Source of the DNA: a virus
Lineage: Duplodnaviria > Caudoviricetes
DNA length: 59,330 nt
Virus record (IMG/VR): IMGVR_UViG_3300017747_003223
Location: 1 to 59,330 of that record
Strand: one strand, 5' to 3'
A program made the translations under genes and the position numbers. Below the pieces are notes generated by a model, which saw only the letters and a list, made by a program, of their open reading frames with translations, did not search any database and was not told where the DNA came from. Below, piece after piece: positions 50,784 through 59,020 of the stretch. Position 1 is the first letter of the stretch; every line of letters starts with the position of its first letter.

Positions 50784-51135
50784 GCGGGTTAGCTCCTGTC
50801 ATTCTTCGCAAAAGGCCTCTGGTACTGATACTCTCTTTGATACGCCGCCCCTGCTGGTCCTCGCCCTCGCGGGTAGCATGGGATTCCCCCACCTTCCCAC
50901 TCAGTATAGCCGCGTCCTTCTTCATCTTCCACAGAAACTCGCGGGCCCTCAGTCGAACTTTCGGATCATCATTTCTTACATCAGCGATGATGCCAACCAC
51001 GAATTCCTGCTGATCGAAGTCGCTCTCGATCTCTGCGGCTCCGATCCCATCCAGATCAAAGAACGACATAGCCCTCTCCTCGGGAGTGTGGGGCTTATCC
51101 AAGTCCGTCCTCTTCTTCTTCTCGATGTTACTCAT
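50461..51135 (-). CDS. possible terminase small subunit
   Basis: DDPKVRLRAREFLWK helix pattern and position upstream of terL. Confidence 0.4.
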   Translation of the reverse strand: MSNIEKKKRTDLDKPHTPEERAMSFFDLDGIGAAEIESDFDQQEFVVGIIADVRNDDPKVRLRAREFLWKMKKDAAILSGKVGESHATREGEDQQGRRIKESISTRGLLRRMTGANPHERDSSNDDSTNNVKRARRGEEEAITSESLLGFNQQPVGRRDLGGEGGEGATGPADNGRAGMVQGGHLGPVEGVEAGDGGRTGSVEARVPQAGDGTGEGRGAISEGE

Positions 51136-51719
51136 GATCTGTCATCCTCCCATCCCCCCAGCCCAGCTTCTTCCATCACCTTCGACACTGCATCAGGGGC
51201 CAGCACCGCCATCCTCCCTATGGACCGCCTATCCGCATCCTTCTGTGCCCTAGCCGGTAGGGTTCGCATGGCCACCCATAGCAACTTCGTCGCGGCCTCA
51301 CTCGCCAACTTGGCGGTCTCATACGTCAACCGGTGCCCCGTAGTAGACTTGGAGTACAGCAGTTCCGCGATCAACTGCTTCATGTCCTTTCGATATTGTT
51401 CAGGGTCCAACACCAACTTGTACTTCTTGCGGTCATGGGCGTTACCCACCCTCAACATCTGGCAACCCGGTGCCGCAAAGTCCTGCTCTCCGATCCGGCT
51501 GATGGCCAGCAGTGCCAGCCTAAAGCTCTGTACGCGGACCAGCCGTTCCCGGCCTACCAGAATCACCGGGACGCCCAAACAGCGTAGCCAGCCCCTGAAT
51601 CCCGCCAACTGCATCCCCGTCCCCTTGAACTCCATCCACAGGGCTCGGTCGGTCATGAACGTAAGCCCGCCCCCAAGACTCGCCCTCTTGTACCCACTTA
51701 TTTCTTTTTTCTCATACAT
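51132..51719 (-). CDS. hypothetical protein
   Basis: 195 aa coupled ORF. Confidence 0.6.
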   Translation of the reverse strand: MYEKKEISGYKRASLGGGLTFMTDRALWMEFKGTGMQLAGFRGWLRCLGVPVILVGRERLVRVQSFRLALLAISRIGEQDFAAPGCQMLRVGNAHDRKKYKLVLDPEQYRKDMKQLIAELLYSKSTTGHRLTYETAKLASEAATKLLWVAMRTLPARAQKDADRRSIGRMAVLAPDAVSKVMEEAGLGGWEDDRS

Positions 51720-51720
51720 A

Positions 51721-51748
51721 TTGAAACACCTAGTACATCCGGTACAAT
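51721..51748 (+). promoter_or_regulatory. possible sigma70-type promoter
   Basis: TTGAAA-16 nt-TACAAT in an AT-rich intergenic gap, pointing toward the helicase and antisense to 51756-52361. Confidence 0.3.
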
Positions 51749-51755
51749 CATCGAA

Positions 51756-52361
51756 TCAATGCTGGGTCATCATCCCATTCCAAGTGTACGGGTTACCCTC
51801 TACGGGTTGCCGTTGGGTCACCACACCCGGCGTCAGCACTTGGGGCACCCTAGGTCCGAGAGACGATGGAGAAGTCTGCATCGCACGCCGCTTAGCTGTC
51901 CCCCACGCAGCATTGATCTTTTCCGCACTCTGCACTTTTGCGGCCTCGTTAATGGGAGACCTGTTCGGCGTAGTAGTGCCCGTACTTCCTCCTAACATTG
52001 AGGGGTCGTATCCCATCCTTCGAGAGTATCCTCCCTCCCCCCTAGTAATAGGGCCAAGGGGCATGGGTCTATCGGCGGCACTCAGGTCACCCTCCGCTAG
52101 CCCCTTCACCAACTTCCGTGCCTCCTCGATGGGTAACCGCTTACCGATAGCAATGTTCCTCGCTACCCTCTCGGATGCCTGCCCCCTCGTATGCCCTTGC
52201 CCCATCAGCCTATCCACGTTGCCGATGATGGCCTGTTCCCGCACCAGCTCACTGACGATCTGGTTCCTGCTCTTGCCCTCCGACTTCTTCTTGTCCACCT
52301 TCTTCATTGCGGACTTCCGCTTCCACTCGTCCTTCTTCGCCTTGTTGACCACCATGTTCAA
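51756..52361 (-). CDS. basic hypothetical protein
   Basis: K/R-rich N-terminus; AAGGAG SD; first gene of the minus arm. Confidence 0.6.
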   Translation of the reverse strand: MNMVVNKAKKDEWKRKSAMKKVDKKKSEGKSRNQIVSELVREQAIIGNVDRLMGQGHTRGQASERVARNIAIGKRLPIEEARKLVKGLAEGDLSAADRPMPLGPITRGEGGYSRRMGYDPSMLGGSTGTTTPNRSPINEAAKVQSAEKINAAWGTAKRRAMQTSPSSLGPRVPQVLTPGVVTQRQPVEGNPYTWNGMMTQH

Positions 52362-52424
52362 TCTCCTTCAAATGGATCTCGCTGTAGCTTCCCTGTAACC
52401 CCCACTTATCGAAAGGCCCCAAAC

Positions 52425-53879
52425 ATGACACCCCGTAAGATCGGCATCGCCACCAATCCCCTCGATGATACTAGCCCCATGGGTATCGCTTTGTCCATCC
52501 TCCAAGATGGGTTTTCTACTCCGGGGGGCTTGCAGGGCCTCTACGAACACCGAGCCGATTACTGGATGTGGACGGGTACCCCCGCCCAATGGTGCGTCAC
52601 TACTGAGCAGTTCATTGAGGACTGTATCATCAAGTGGATCTCGCAGGCTAAGTGCTGGACCACCATCAAGGACCAGCGGCTCCCCGTACCCCTCAAGTAT
52701 AACACGGCCCTCATCAAGTCGGTGCTACGGTGCTTGCAGGCCGTCATCCGCCTCCAAGCTAAGAACCTCCCCTGCTGGCTTGGGGGACCCCATACCGAGA
52801 TCAATCCCGAGTTGTGTATCGGGTTCCAGAACGTCATCCTCGATGTGGCTGCCTCCGCCAAGACCGGCGGGTTCGTCACCTACAACCGCACCGAGCACTA
52901 TCTGGATTGTCAGACACTGCCAGTAGACTTTGATATGGCTGCTACGTGTCCCACCCTGTTACGGTGTTGTGATGATTGGGGCGGGAATGATCCGATGTGG
53001 CCCGTTCTCATTCAGCGGGAGTTGGGGCTGGGGTGTATGGCCTATCGGGAGTTTGCTAAGTGGTTCATGCACTACGGAGTAGCCCGTGGCGGTAAGGGCA
53101 CCATCGAGCGTATCAGAAGGGCCCTCGTCGGGGACTATGCCTACGTGGGTGCGAGGATGAGTGCCCTCGGTAAGCAGTTCGGCCTCCACAAGCTACAGCG
53201 TGCTAGGGTGTTCGTCATCTCCGAAGTTACCGAGTTGGATAAGTACCTAGCCGAAGAATCCTCGGGATTGGTGAAGAACATCCTTGGGCGTGATCCTATT
53301 GATCTGGATAGGAAGCATGTCGAAGCTCTTGAGAATGTGGTGAGCGGGGCGATGGTCGTAATGATGGGGAATGAGTTGCCCAATCTGCCCAATAGGGGGA
53401 GGGGCTTGTCAAGTAAGATGGTGCCCGTTAACTTTGATGTGTCCTTTGAGGGGAAGGAGGACTATGGGTTGGAGGGTAAGTTGATGGGTGAATTGACGGG
53501 GATTGCCCTCTGGATAGCTCAAGGGGCCATTTCGGTGATTGAGGAGGCTGATCCCCGGAAGAAGTTCCCCCTGACGGATGGGGCTATACACGCTTTGGAG
53601 AAGTATCATATCCTGAATAACCCGGCTGATTCGTTCCTTCTGTGGTCTTTTACGAAGGTTAGCGGGAATCATGTGGACTCGACGATCGTGTATAATCGGT
53701 ATGAGCAGTTCTGCAAGGAGATGAAAATGAGGCCCCAACCCCGTAATCAGTTCAATAACTGGCTGGAAGCGAATAATTCGTGGGGTGTGACGAAGCACAG
53801 GGAGGCCGGTGGAGGACGGAATGGGTTCCGGGGGATTGGCTTGAAGGCCCAACCCGGCTTTGATGAGCGGCTGATCTGA
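52425..53879 (+). CDS. D5/P4-family SF3 helicase (no primase domain seen)
   Basis: Walker A GVARGGKGT, Walker B VISE, motif C GNELP; D5_N-like region; C-terminal winged helix; GAAAGG SD. Confidence 0.85.
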   Translation: MTPRKIGIATNPLDDTSPMGIALSILQDGFSTPGGLQGLYEHRADYWMWTGTPAQWCVTTEQFIEDCIIKWISQAKCWTTIKDQRLPVPLKYNTALIKSVLRCLQAVIRLQAKNLPCWLGGPHTEINPELCIGFQNVILDVAASAKTGGFVTYNRTEHYLDCQTLPVDFDMAATCPTLLRCCDDWGGNDPMWPVLIQRELGLGCMAYREFAKWFMHYGVARGGKGTIERIRRALVGDYAYVGARMSALGKQFGLHKLQRARVFVISEVTELDKYLAEESSGLVKNILGRDPIDLDRKHVEALENVVSGAMVVMMGNELPNLPNRGRGLSSKMVPVNFDVSFEGKEDYGLEGKLMGELTGIALWIAQGAISVIEEADPRKKFPLTDGAIHALEKYHILNNPADSFLLWSFTKVSGNHVDSTIVYNRYEQFCKEMKMRPQPRNQFNNWLEANNSWGVTKHREAGGGRNGFRGIGLKAQPGFDERLI

Positions 53880-53967
53880 TGTTAGTGACTGTTCGGTCTT
53901 TGAAAGGAGGCTGAACGGCTTGTGAGGGGGAAGGGTGTGAGGGGTGGAAAGGCAAAAGGCGGTCCCT

Positions 53968-54045
53968 ATATACGGGTATTAAATAAAAAAAGATAAGAGA
54001 AGTATATGAACTCAGTACATTCAGACAGCAACAAGTACCTAACAA
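53968..54045 (+). other. AT-rich tract (candidate unwinding element / genome-end region)
   Basis: TATTAAATAAAAAAAGATAAGAGAAGTATATGAA in an otherwise GC-rich genome, right after the helicase. Confidence 0.4.
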
Positions 54046-54099
54046 AGCCCCGTGTGAAGGGAAACCAGAGAGGGATCACCTTTCCGACCCCCTGTGCCC

Positions 54100-54700
54100 G
54101 CCCGTTCTGGGGGCCGGAGGGGGGTCCCGACTTCCGGCGGCGTAGGGGTGTCAGTGTTCGCCACTCGCCCCGGAAACGGGTCGGGCGGTCCAACTCTCGC
54201 ATCCCCGGTCGCTCGGGGGGATTCGGTCCCGAGCGAGCAGTGCAGCCCCTGCATAGGGCGGTAGGTCCGGGCCCTCATCCCGGAACATCGTGCCACGCTT
54301 GCATACTTCGGGCCCCGCAAGGGCAACCCCGATAATAGAGGGTAGAACCCTCAAAGTGGATGATACCCCCCGAGGTGACTAACGGGGCCACGAAGTCGCT
54401 CTGCCTAGGTAGGACCGACCCAGACCCCCCACGCAAGTGTGAGGATGGCATCGGGAGTAACCGAAGTAGATGTAGGAGCGGCGGGCGAACGGGTAAGGAT
54501 CTTGGCCACGGCCAGTAAGAGAGGTATAGCACCCTCCAAGCTGCATGGCCCATCCCCCACCCCAACAACGCCGGGATCGGCACGAACCGTAAGTGCCCCG
54601 GTAGATTCGCTCTCAACTCCTCAACATCTCGCGGGGCACACCCCCTCAACATCGGTGTGCCCCCTTCCCACCACCCCCATTCGATAATGGGGGTCATTCC
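54100..54700. other. hairpin-dense non-coding region
   Basis: Many inverted repeats, several with GNRA-type loops; no convincing ORF. Confidence 0.55.
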
Positions 54701-54727
54701 ATTCCCCTCCCAACAGGAGCAAGTGTT

Positions 54728-55177
54728 ATGCCTACCGAAACCAACCAGTCCGAAACCCTCACCGCCGAGCAGATCGCCCAGCGTGAAGCCGAAGCTGCCG
54801 CCCTTCAAGCTGCCGCCACCAGTGCGGCACGCCTGTCGGTCGCCTCCAAGGCCTCATTCATCAAGCTGCGGGCATTCGTCGAAACCCTCCCCAAGGGTGC
54901 CGCCGCGTGCTTGGTCGAACTCGGTGCCAAGTCCATCGACGGCGATGGGCCTCTGATGGAGGCCGACGAAGCCATCGAAGTGGTCCGGGCTCGCCTCAAG
55001 GCCATGAGTGAGGCCGTCGAAGAAGTCGCCTCCCTCCGCGATAACCGTGGCATCCGCTTCGGTCTCATCGGCAAGGCGGGCAAGGGCGACAAGGTGTCCA
55101 TCACCCTCTTTGAAGCCCTCTCGTGCCTGCTCGGTGCCAACAAGTCCCGCGATACGGTCATCCTCAAGGGTGTCTGA
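54728..55177 (+). CDS. hypothetical early protein
   Basis: AGGAG SD; strongly biased codons; followed by a terminator. Confidence 0.75.
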   Translation: MPTETNQSETLTAEQIAQREAEAAALQAAATSAARLSVASKASFIKLRAFVETLPKGAAACLVELGAKSIDGDGPLMEADEAIEVVRARLKAMSEAVEEVASLRDNRGIRFGLIGKAGKGDKVSITLFEALSCLLGANKSRDTVILKGV

Positions 55178-55182
55178 TCCAT

Positions 55183-55218
55183 GGGGGGTGCGGGTTGAAA
55201 CATACCCCACCCCCCTTT
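55183..55218 (+). terminator. intrinsic terminator
   Basis: GGGGGGTG..GGGT/ACCC.CACCCCCC stem followed by TTT. Confidence 0.55.
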
Positions 55219-55269
55219 AGTCCTTTCCACCTTGGGGCCTAACGGTCCCACCTTCAGAGGAGTATCATC

Positions 55270-55503
55270 ATGAGTGTTAGTCGAACCATACGTTCTATGG
55301 CTCGTGGCATCTGTGGTACCAACTATTGGTACCTCGTCGATGCCATCCTTCACGAACGTAACGGGGCCTCCATCACCGATGAGGCCATGAATACGGCTGT
55401 TGATTTCGGGTTCGTTCCCGATCTCATCGCTGCCGCCTCCACCGCCCAAACCCTGTTGTCCTGCGACCGTAACCCCTATTGGAACATGGAAGGGGCCGAC
55501 TAA
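55270..55503 (+). CDS. hypothetical protein
   Basis: GAGGAG SD. Confidence 0.65.
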   Translation: MSVSRTIRSMARGICGTNYWYLVDAILHERNGASITDEAMNTAVDFGFVPDLIAAASTAQTLLSCDRNPYWNMEGAD

Positions 55504-55646
55504 TGTATTACTGCATCCTCCAACTTCGATACGATAGTGGGCGTCGTGAGACGGCTGTTCTTTACAGCCCCACCCCTGACCCCATCCCCGGCATCCGTTG
55601 GTTCCTCATCCTCCCTCCTCCCTCTTGCGTGGAGGGTGCGGACTAA
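55503..55646 (+). CDS. 47-aa microprotein (not in ORF track)
   Basis: TAATG coupling at both ends; MYYCILQLRYDSGRRETAV...VEGAD. Confidence 0.55.
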   Translation: MYYCILQLRYDSGRRETAVLYSPTPDPIPGIRWFLILPPPSCVEGAD

Positions 55647-55846
55647 TGGACAAGCCCACCTATGACCGTCTCAAAGCCGCCCTCTCCTCCTCCTTCCCCA
55701 AGGAGCATCAACAACGAATCCGTTACCTCCTCTACACCCTAGAGGATATCGGTATCCCACTCAACGTCACCCTCAATGAGATCCACATGGTTCTCACCGT
55801 AGCTGAGAAAGAACGCCAACTAACTGCCACGCCCATTCCCACCTAA
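55646..55846 (+). CDS. hypothetical protein
   Basis: GGAGG SD and TAATG coupling. Confidence 0.6.
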   Translation: MDKPTYDRLKAALSSSFPKEHQQRIRYLLYTLEDIGIPLNVTLNEIHMVLTVAEKERQLTATPIPT

Positions 55847-55862
55847 CCCGATGACGTGGCGA

Positions 55863-56480
55863 GGGGCCCATTGGACTAACCTCCCTTGGGCCCCATTACC
55901 TAGGGTGCCTTACGGCTTGTCCGGGCACGGGGGGGTGTGATCCTGACGGGTCCCACTCCTCTTATCCTTTCTCCTTGGGCCTAGTCCACCCCAAGAGCCA
56001 CCCCTCGGACTCCTCCTCTCCTCTCTCATTTCAAGTAGGGGCCAAGCTATTTGCCCCCCACTCTCCATGGGTCTGCGATAGCATCTATGGCGAACACATA
56101 GGGAGCCTCCCACTTGTACCCGAGTGGGCGTCTCTTATAGGGCTGATCCTATTCAGCCTCGGGGTGGATACGCGGTTGTGTATCCACCCCTTTTCATTGA
56201 ACATCGGCTGGCCCCCTTTATCGGGCTAGGGGGTGTGTCTGCTGATACTCACACACCCTCTGTCTAGGGCTTCATATCAGTGTTGCCCTAGTCTCCATGG
56301 GCCCTTTCATCGGGGCCCATGGCTTTTGCTGGGTTGACCCCATGAGGTCCCCAGCCGGGGAGGAGCCGACCCACAGCGGCCCTCCCCCTTTTCTTGCTTT
56401 TCTTGAATACCTCCTCTCTCTTGGGAGGGAGCGGCCTACCAGCCCTCCCTCCTTTTTCACCCCGCTATCCTCGTCGGGTA
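55863..56480. other. tandem array of sequence-unrelated hairpins
   Basis: About a dozen back-to-back stem-loops, several followed by U-tracts. Confidence 0.6.
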
Positions 56481-56501
56481 GCCCATTCACAGGAGCCTAT
56501 C

Positions 56502-56771
56502 ATGGCTGTCCCCATCTTTTGGGTCATCACGACCCGCGTATCCGGGCCTAGAACCCTCGTTCATAGGCGTCATGACTGCTTCAACATCGGCGATGCCCGC
56601 AGTGTGGCCGCATCGCAGTCCCTCTCTCACCCCACCCTCCTTGTAAGGGCCGATGATGAGCACCCCCCACAACCCGGCTCCTCAGTCCCCCCCATCAGCA
56701 GCCTCTCTTCCGACCACGAATGTTGGAGTGGTGGTTCCGTCCTCTTCTCCAACATGGGCCACGCAGGCTAA
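56502..56771 (+). CDS. hypothetical protein
   Basis: AGGAG SD before ATG 56502. Confidence 0.5.
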   Translation: MAVPIFWVITTRVSGPRTLVHRRHDCFNIGDARSVAASQSLSHPTLLVRADDEHPPQPGSSVPPISSLSSDHECWSGGSVLFSNMGHAG

Positions 56772-57018
56772 ACGTACCACCATCGGGGCCCTCGTAGACG
56801 CCACCATAACATGTGGCGATCCCTCCTTTGAGTGGCGTAATCGTCCCAGCCTTAACCTTCGCCCCCTCCATAAGCCCCTCCGTCCTTGGGGGGTCTTCAA
56901 AGAGGCGTGGTGTGCTGACAACGAATACCTCATCGTTTGCCCCGAATGTGGTGCCCGCACAGCCATCATGTACCAGAAGAAAGAAGAACAGCCATGTCCA
57001 CCGGCACCGCCCTCCTGA
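56653..57018 (+). CDS. hypothetical protein with CPECG knuckle (start uncertain)
   Basis: IVCPECGART motif. Confidence 0.45.
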   Translation: MMSTPHNPAPQSPPSAASLPTTNVGVVVPSSSPTWATQAKRTTIGALVDATITCGDPSFEWRNRPSLNLRPLHKPLRPWGVFKEAWCADNEYLIVCPECGARTAIMYQKKEEQPCPPAPPS

Positions 57019-57137
57019 TCGTGGGCCTCACCTTCGCCGCCATCTGGCTCATCATGGGTAGCCTCAGCCTCCTCCTCGCATACCTCGCCCTGCGTCGAGA
57101 GGACGAGCTTAATAGTAAGAAGGGACCCTTCAAATGA
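56994..57137 (+). CDS. 47-aa single-TM microprotein
   Basis: Hydrophobic N-terminus and charged tail. Confidence 0.55.
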   Translation: MSTGTALLIVGLTFAAIWLIMGSLSLLLAYLALRREDELNSKKGPFK

Positions 57138-57313
57138 ACCACCTCCCCTTCCCATTATTCCTCTTCGCGGCCATCTTCCTCGTCCTCTTCGGGCTAATCC
57201 TCGCCTGCTTGGTCCTCATCAACCACCTTCACCCATTCACGGTGGTAGTCCTCTTCTGCATCATCTTCTCATTGTTCTACCGCCTCTTCACCTCTTACCG
57301 GAGGTGTGACTAA
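57134..57313 (+). CDS. 59-aa two-TM microprotein (not in ORF track)
   Basis: MNHLPFPLFLFAAIFLVLFGLILACLVLINHLHPFTVVVLFCIIFSLFYRLFTSYRRCD; ATGA coupling. Confidence 0.55.
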   Translation: MNHLPFPLFLFAAIFLVLFGLILACLVLINHLHPFTVVVLFCIIFSLFYRLFTSYRRCD

Positions 57314-57420
57314 TGATCCATCCCATTTGGATATTCAACCTCGGCATGATCTTTGCGGGCCTTTGCATCCTCCTCGGCTACACCATCACTCGTTGGGCCA
57401 GAAGGGATAGAGATGAATAA
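57313..57420 (+). CDS. 35-aa single-TM microprotein (not in ORF track)
   Basis: MIHPIWIFNLGMIFAGLCILLGYTITRWARRDRDE; GGAGG SD and TAATG coupling. Confidence 0.55.
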   Translation: MIHPIWIFNLGMIFAGLCILLGYTITRWARRDRDE

Positions 57421-57928
57421 TCCTCCCCTCCGTGTCCATGCTCGCATTCATGCCCGCGAAGAAGCTGACGGTCACAGCATTTGTCGTTGCTCCGCCTGTC
57501 ATCAGACCTTCCACGATGACCGGGGACCCTTCTGCCCCATGTGTGGCATTAACCTCCTCCCTGAGACCCTTCGCACAGCCCGCGATCCCAACACACCCCC
57601 ATGGGAAATCCGGGCCCAATCCCTCGGCATCAACACCGACACCCTTCACCTCCCTCCTCCCACCTTCACCTTCTGGATCATCGAGCACCTCTTACATAAC
57701 GGTGCATGGGCCCCCCTCACCTACTTGTGGCACTATCAAGCAGCTAAGCAGACCCACACAGCCCGCCTCAACATCCTCGCCGAACTCCGCTCCATCATGG
57801 CTCACTCCTTCAAGGGCAACACCTACCGTCTCTCCCTTGTCGAGTGTTCTGATCCTCGCACCTGCCGAGTTCTAGCCTCCCTCCCCCCCATCACCGTGCA
57901 ATCCAACACCCTCCTAGATGCCAGATAA
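57413..57928 (+). CDS. Zn-ribbon protein
   Basis: CSAC...FCPMCG. Confidence 0.65.
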   Translation: MNNPPLRVHARIHAREEADGHSICRCSACHQTFHDDRGPFCPMCGINLLPETLRTARDPNTPPWEIRAQSLGINTDTLHLPPPTFTFWIIEHLLHNGAWAPLTYLWHYQAAKQTHTARLNILAELRSIMAHSFKGNTYRLSLVECSDPRTCRVLASLPPITVQSNTLLDAR

Positions 57929-58048
57929 ACAGGGCCGGAGCCCCCAACGGGTCTCCCCGAGCCCTTTTCAGTGCCGATTGTCTGTAAAACAGTGCAGTTT
58001 GTGCTGTCCTGTTGTTGATTTCCTTCACCCCTTTGGAGTACCATCATC

Positions 58049-58300
58049 ATGCCTTGCTCCCCCTCCCGCATTCGTCGTCGTCTTTTGCGTGCCCACGCCA
58101 CCCGCTTCACCGCTGTGCGTATCAGTGCCCTCCAATACCTCAACCGTGTGGGGGCCCACGAGGATCAGATCGAGAAGGTCCTCAACATGCCCATCCCTCA
58201 TTACGAACCCATTGTGGAGATCCCTAACAATGTGGGTCGTCTCCCCTCATCGAACCAGCGGAAGCGTCGTACCCGCCTCCGCAACCGCCTCTCCCATTGA
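58049..58300 (+). CDS. small Arg-rich protein
   Basis: GGAG SD; basic termini. Confidence 0.5.
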   Translation: MPCSPSRIRRRLLRAHATRFTAVRISALQYLNRVGAHEDQIEKVLNMPIPHYEPIVEIPNNVGRLPSSNQRKRRTRLRNRLSH

Positions 58301-58614
58301 ACGGGTGTCCCATGTCCCTCCATTCTTTGTTGTTTCAATCTCACCTCCTCCCCAAGAGTGGACTAACCGTCCACCTCACTGAGGATACCAGAGGAACACA
58401 TACTCGGGATGGAGTGAAGATCCTTGCCATCATCATCGAGCTATTTCCTGATACTGCTGATCGCAAGATCTTTCATGCCTGCATCGCTTTAACTTCCGAG
58501 CGTGAGTTATCATCGAATACAGCCAATAGATTCCTTGCCCACCTCGATGAGACCCTTCCCTCCTTGTTGAACAAATCGGCCTCACCAGCCCCCTTAACAC
58601 AGAAAGGAGTATAA
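58297..58614 (+). CDS. hypothetical protein
   Basis: Coupled ORF; start may be the ATG a few codons downstream. Confidence 0.5.
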   Translation: MNGCPMSLHSLLFQSHLLPKSGLTVHLTEDTRGTHTRDGVKILAIIIELFPDTADRKIFHACIALTSERELSSNTANRFLAHLDETLPSLLNKSASPAPLTQKGV

Positions 58615-58722
58615 ACATGAGACACGTCATCCACACCTCTTTTGATGCAACTATCTGAACCAGCGCCGGCGTGATCGCCATTAAGTGTGATCCGGGGACC
58701 TCCATCAGGGGGTCCCCTTGTT

Positions 58723-58796
58723 TGCGGGGTAGCTCAGCCCGGTAGAGCAGCGGTTCCATGAACCGTTGGTCGCTGGTTCAAATCCAGCCCCCGCTA
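58723..58796 (+). tRNA. tRNA-Met(CAT), initiator-like with atypical anticodon loop
   Basis: T-GCGGGG/CCCCGC-T acceptor with 1:72 mismatch, GCTC/GAGC D-stem, GCGGT-TCCATGA-ACCGT, GCTGG-TTCAAAT-CCAGC. Confidence 0.85.
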
Positions 58797-58804
58797 TTTG
58801 CTGA

Positions 58805-58831
58805 TTAAGAGCTTTAAGAGCCTTAAGAGCC
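58805..58831 (+). repeat. three tandem 9-bp direct repeats TTAAGAGC(T/C)
   Basis: TTAAGAGCT TTAAGAGCC TTAAGAGCC. Confidence 0.85.
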
Positions 58832-58860
58832 TTGCCTGCTCTCTCTCCACTTGCTACACT
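58832..58860 (+). promoter_or_regulatory. sigma70-type promoter
   Basis: TTGCCT-17 nt-TACACT with TG extended -10, directly after the repeats. Confidence 0.5.
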
Positions 58861-59020
58861 CTCTCCTAGTTGACCCCTTTATCCTCTTCTGCGGCCTTTA
58901 GGAGATTGTGAAGGTTGCTAATCCGGTATCTCTCTCTCCTCTAGCTACCCCTCTGTTCATTTGGAGGGGTATGCTTTCTAAATCGTGCTTTCTTCTCCTA
59001 ATCTCCTTATGGAGGCCACA

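Noticed and set aside
48916-52398. 1160-aa + strand ORF
   Set aside because: It is antisense to terL and its neighbours and largely in codon register with them, so it is a shadow of stop-poor codon usage; no motifs or SD
55863-56480. CRISPR or mini-array interpretation of the hairpin array
   Set aside because: The stems share no common repeat sequence and no cas genes are present
58723-58796. Reading the tRNA as Trp(CCA)
   Set aside because: Stem pairing GCGGT/ACCGT centres CAT, not CCA, in the 7-nt loop
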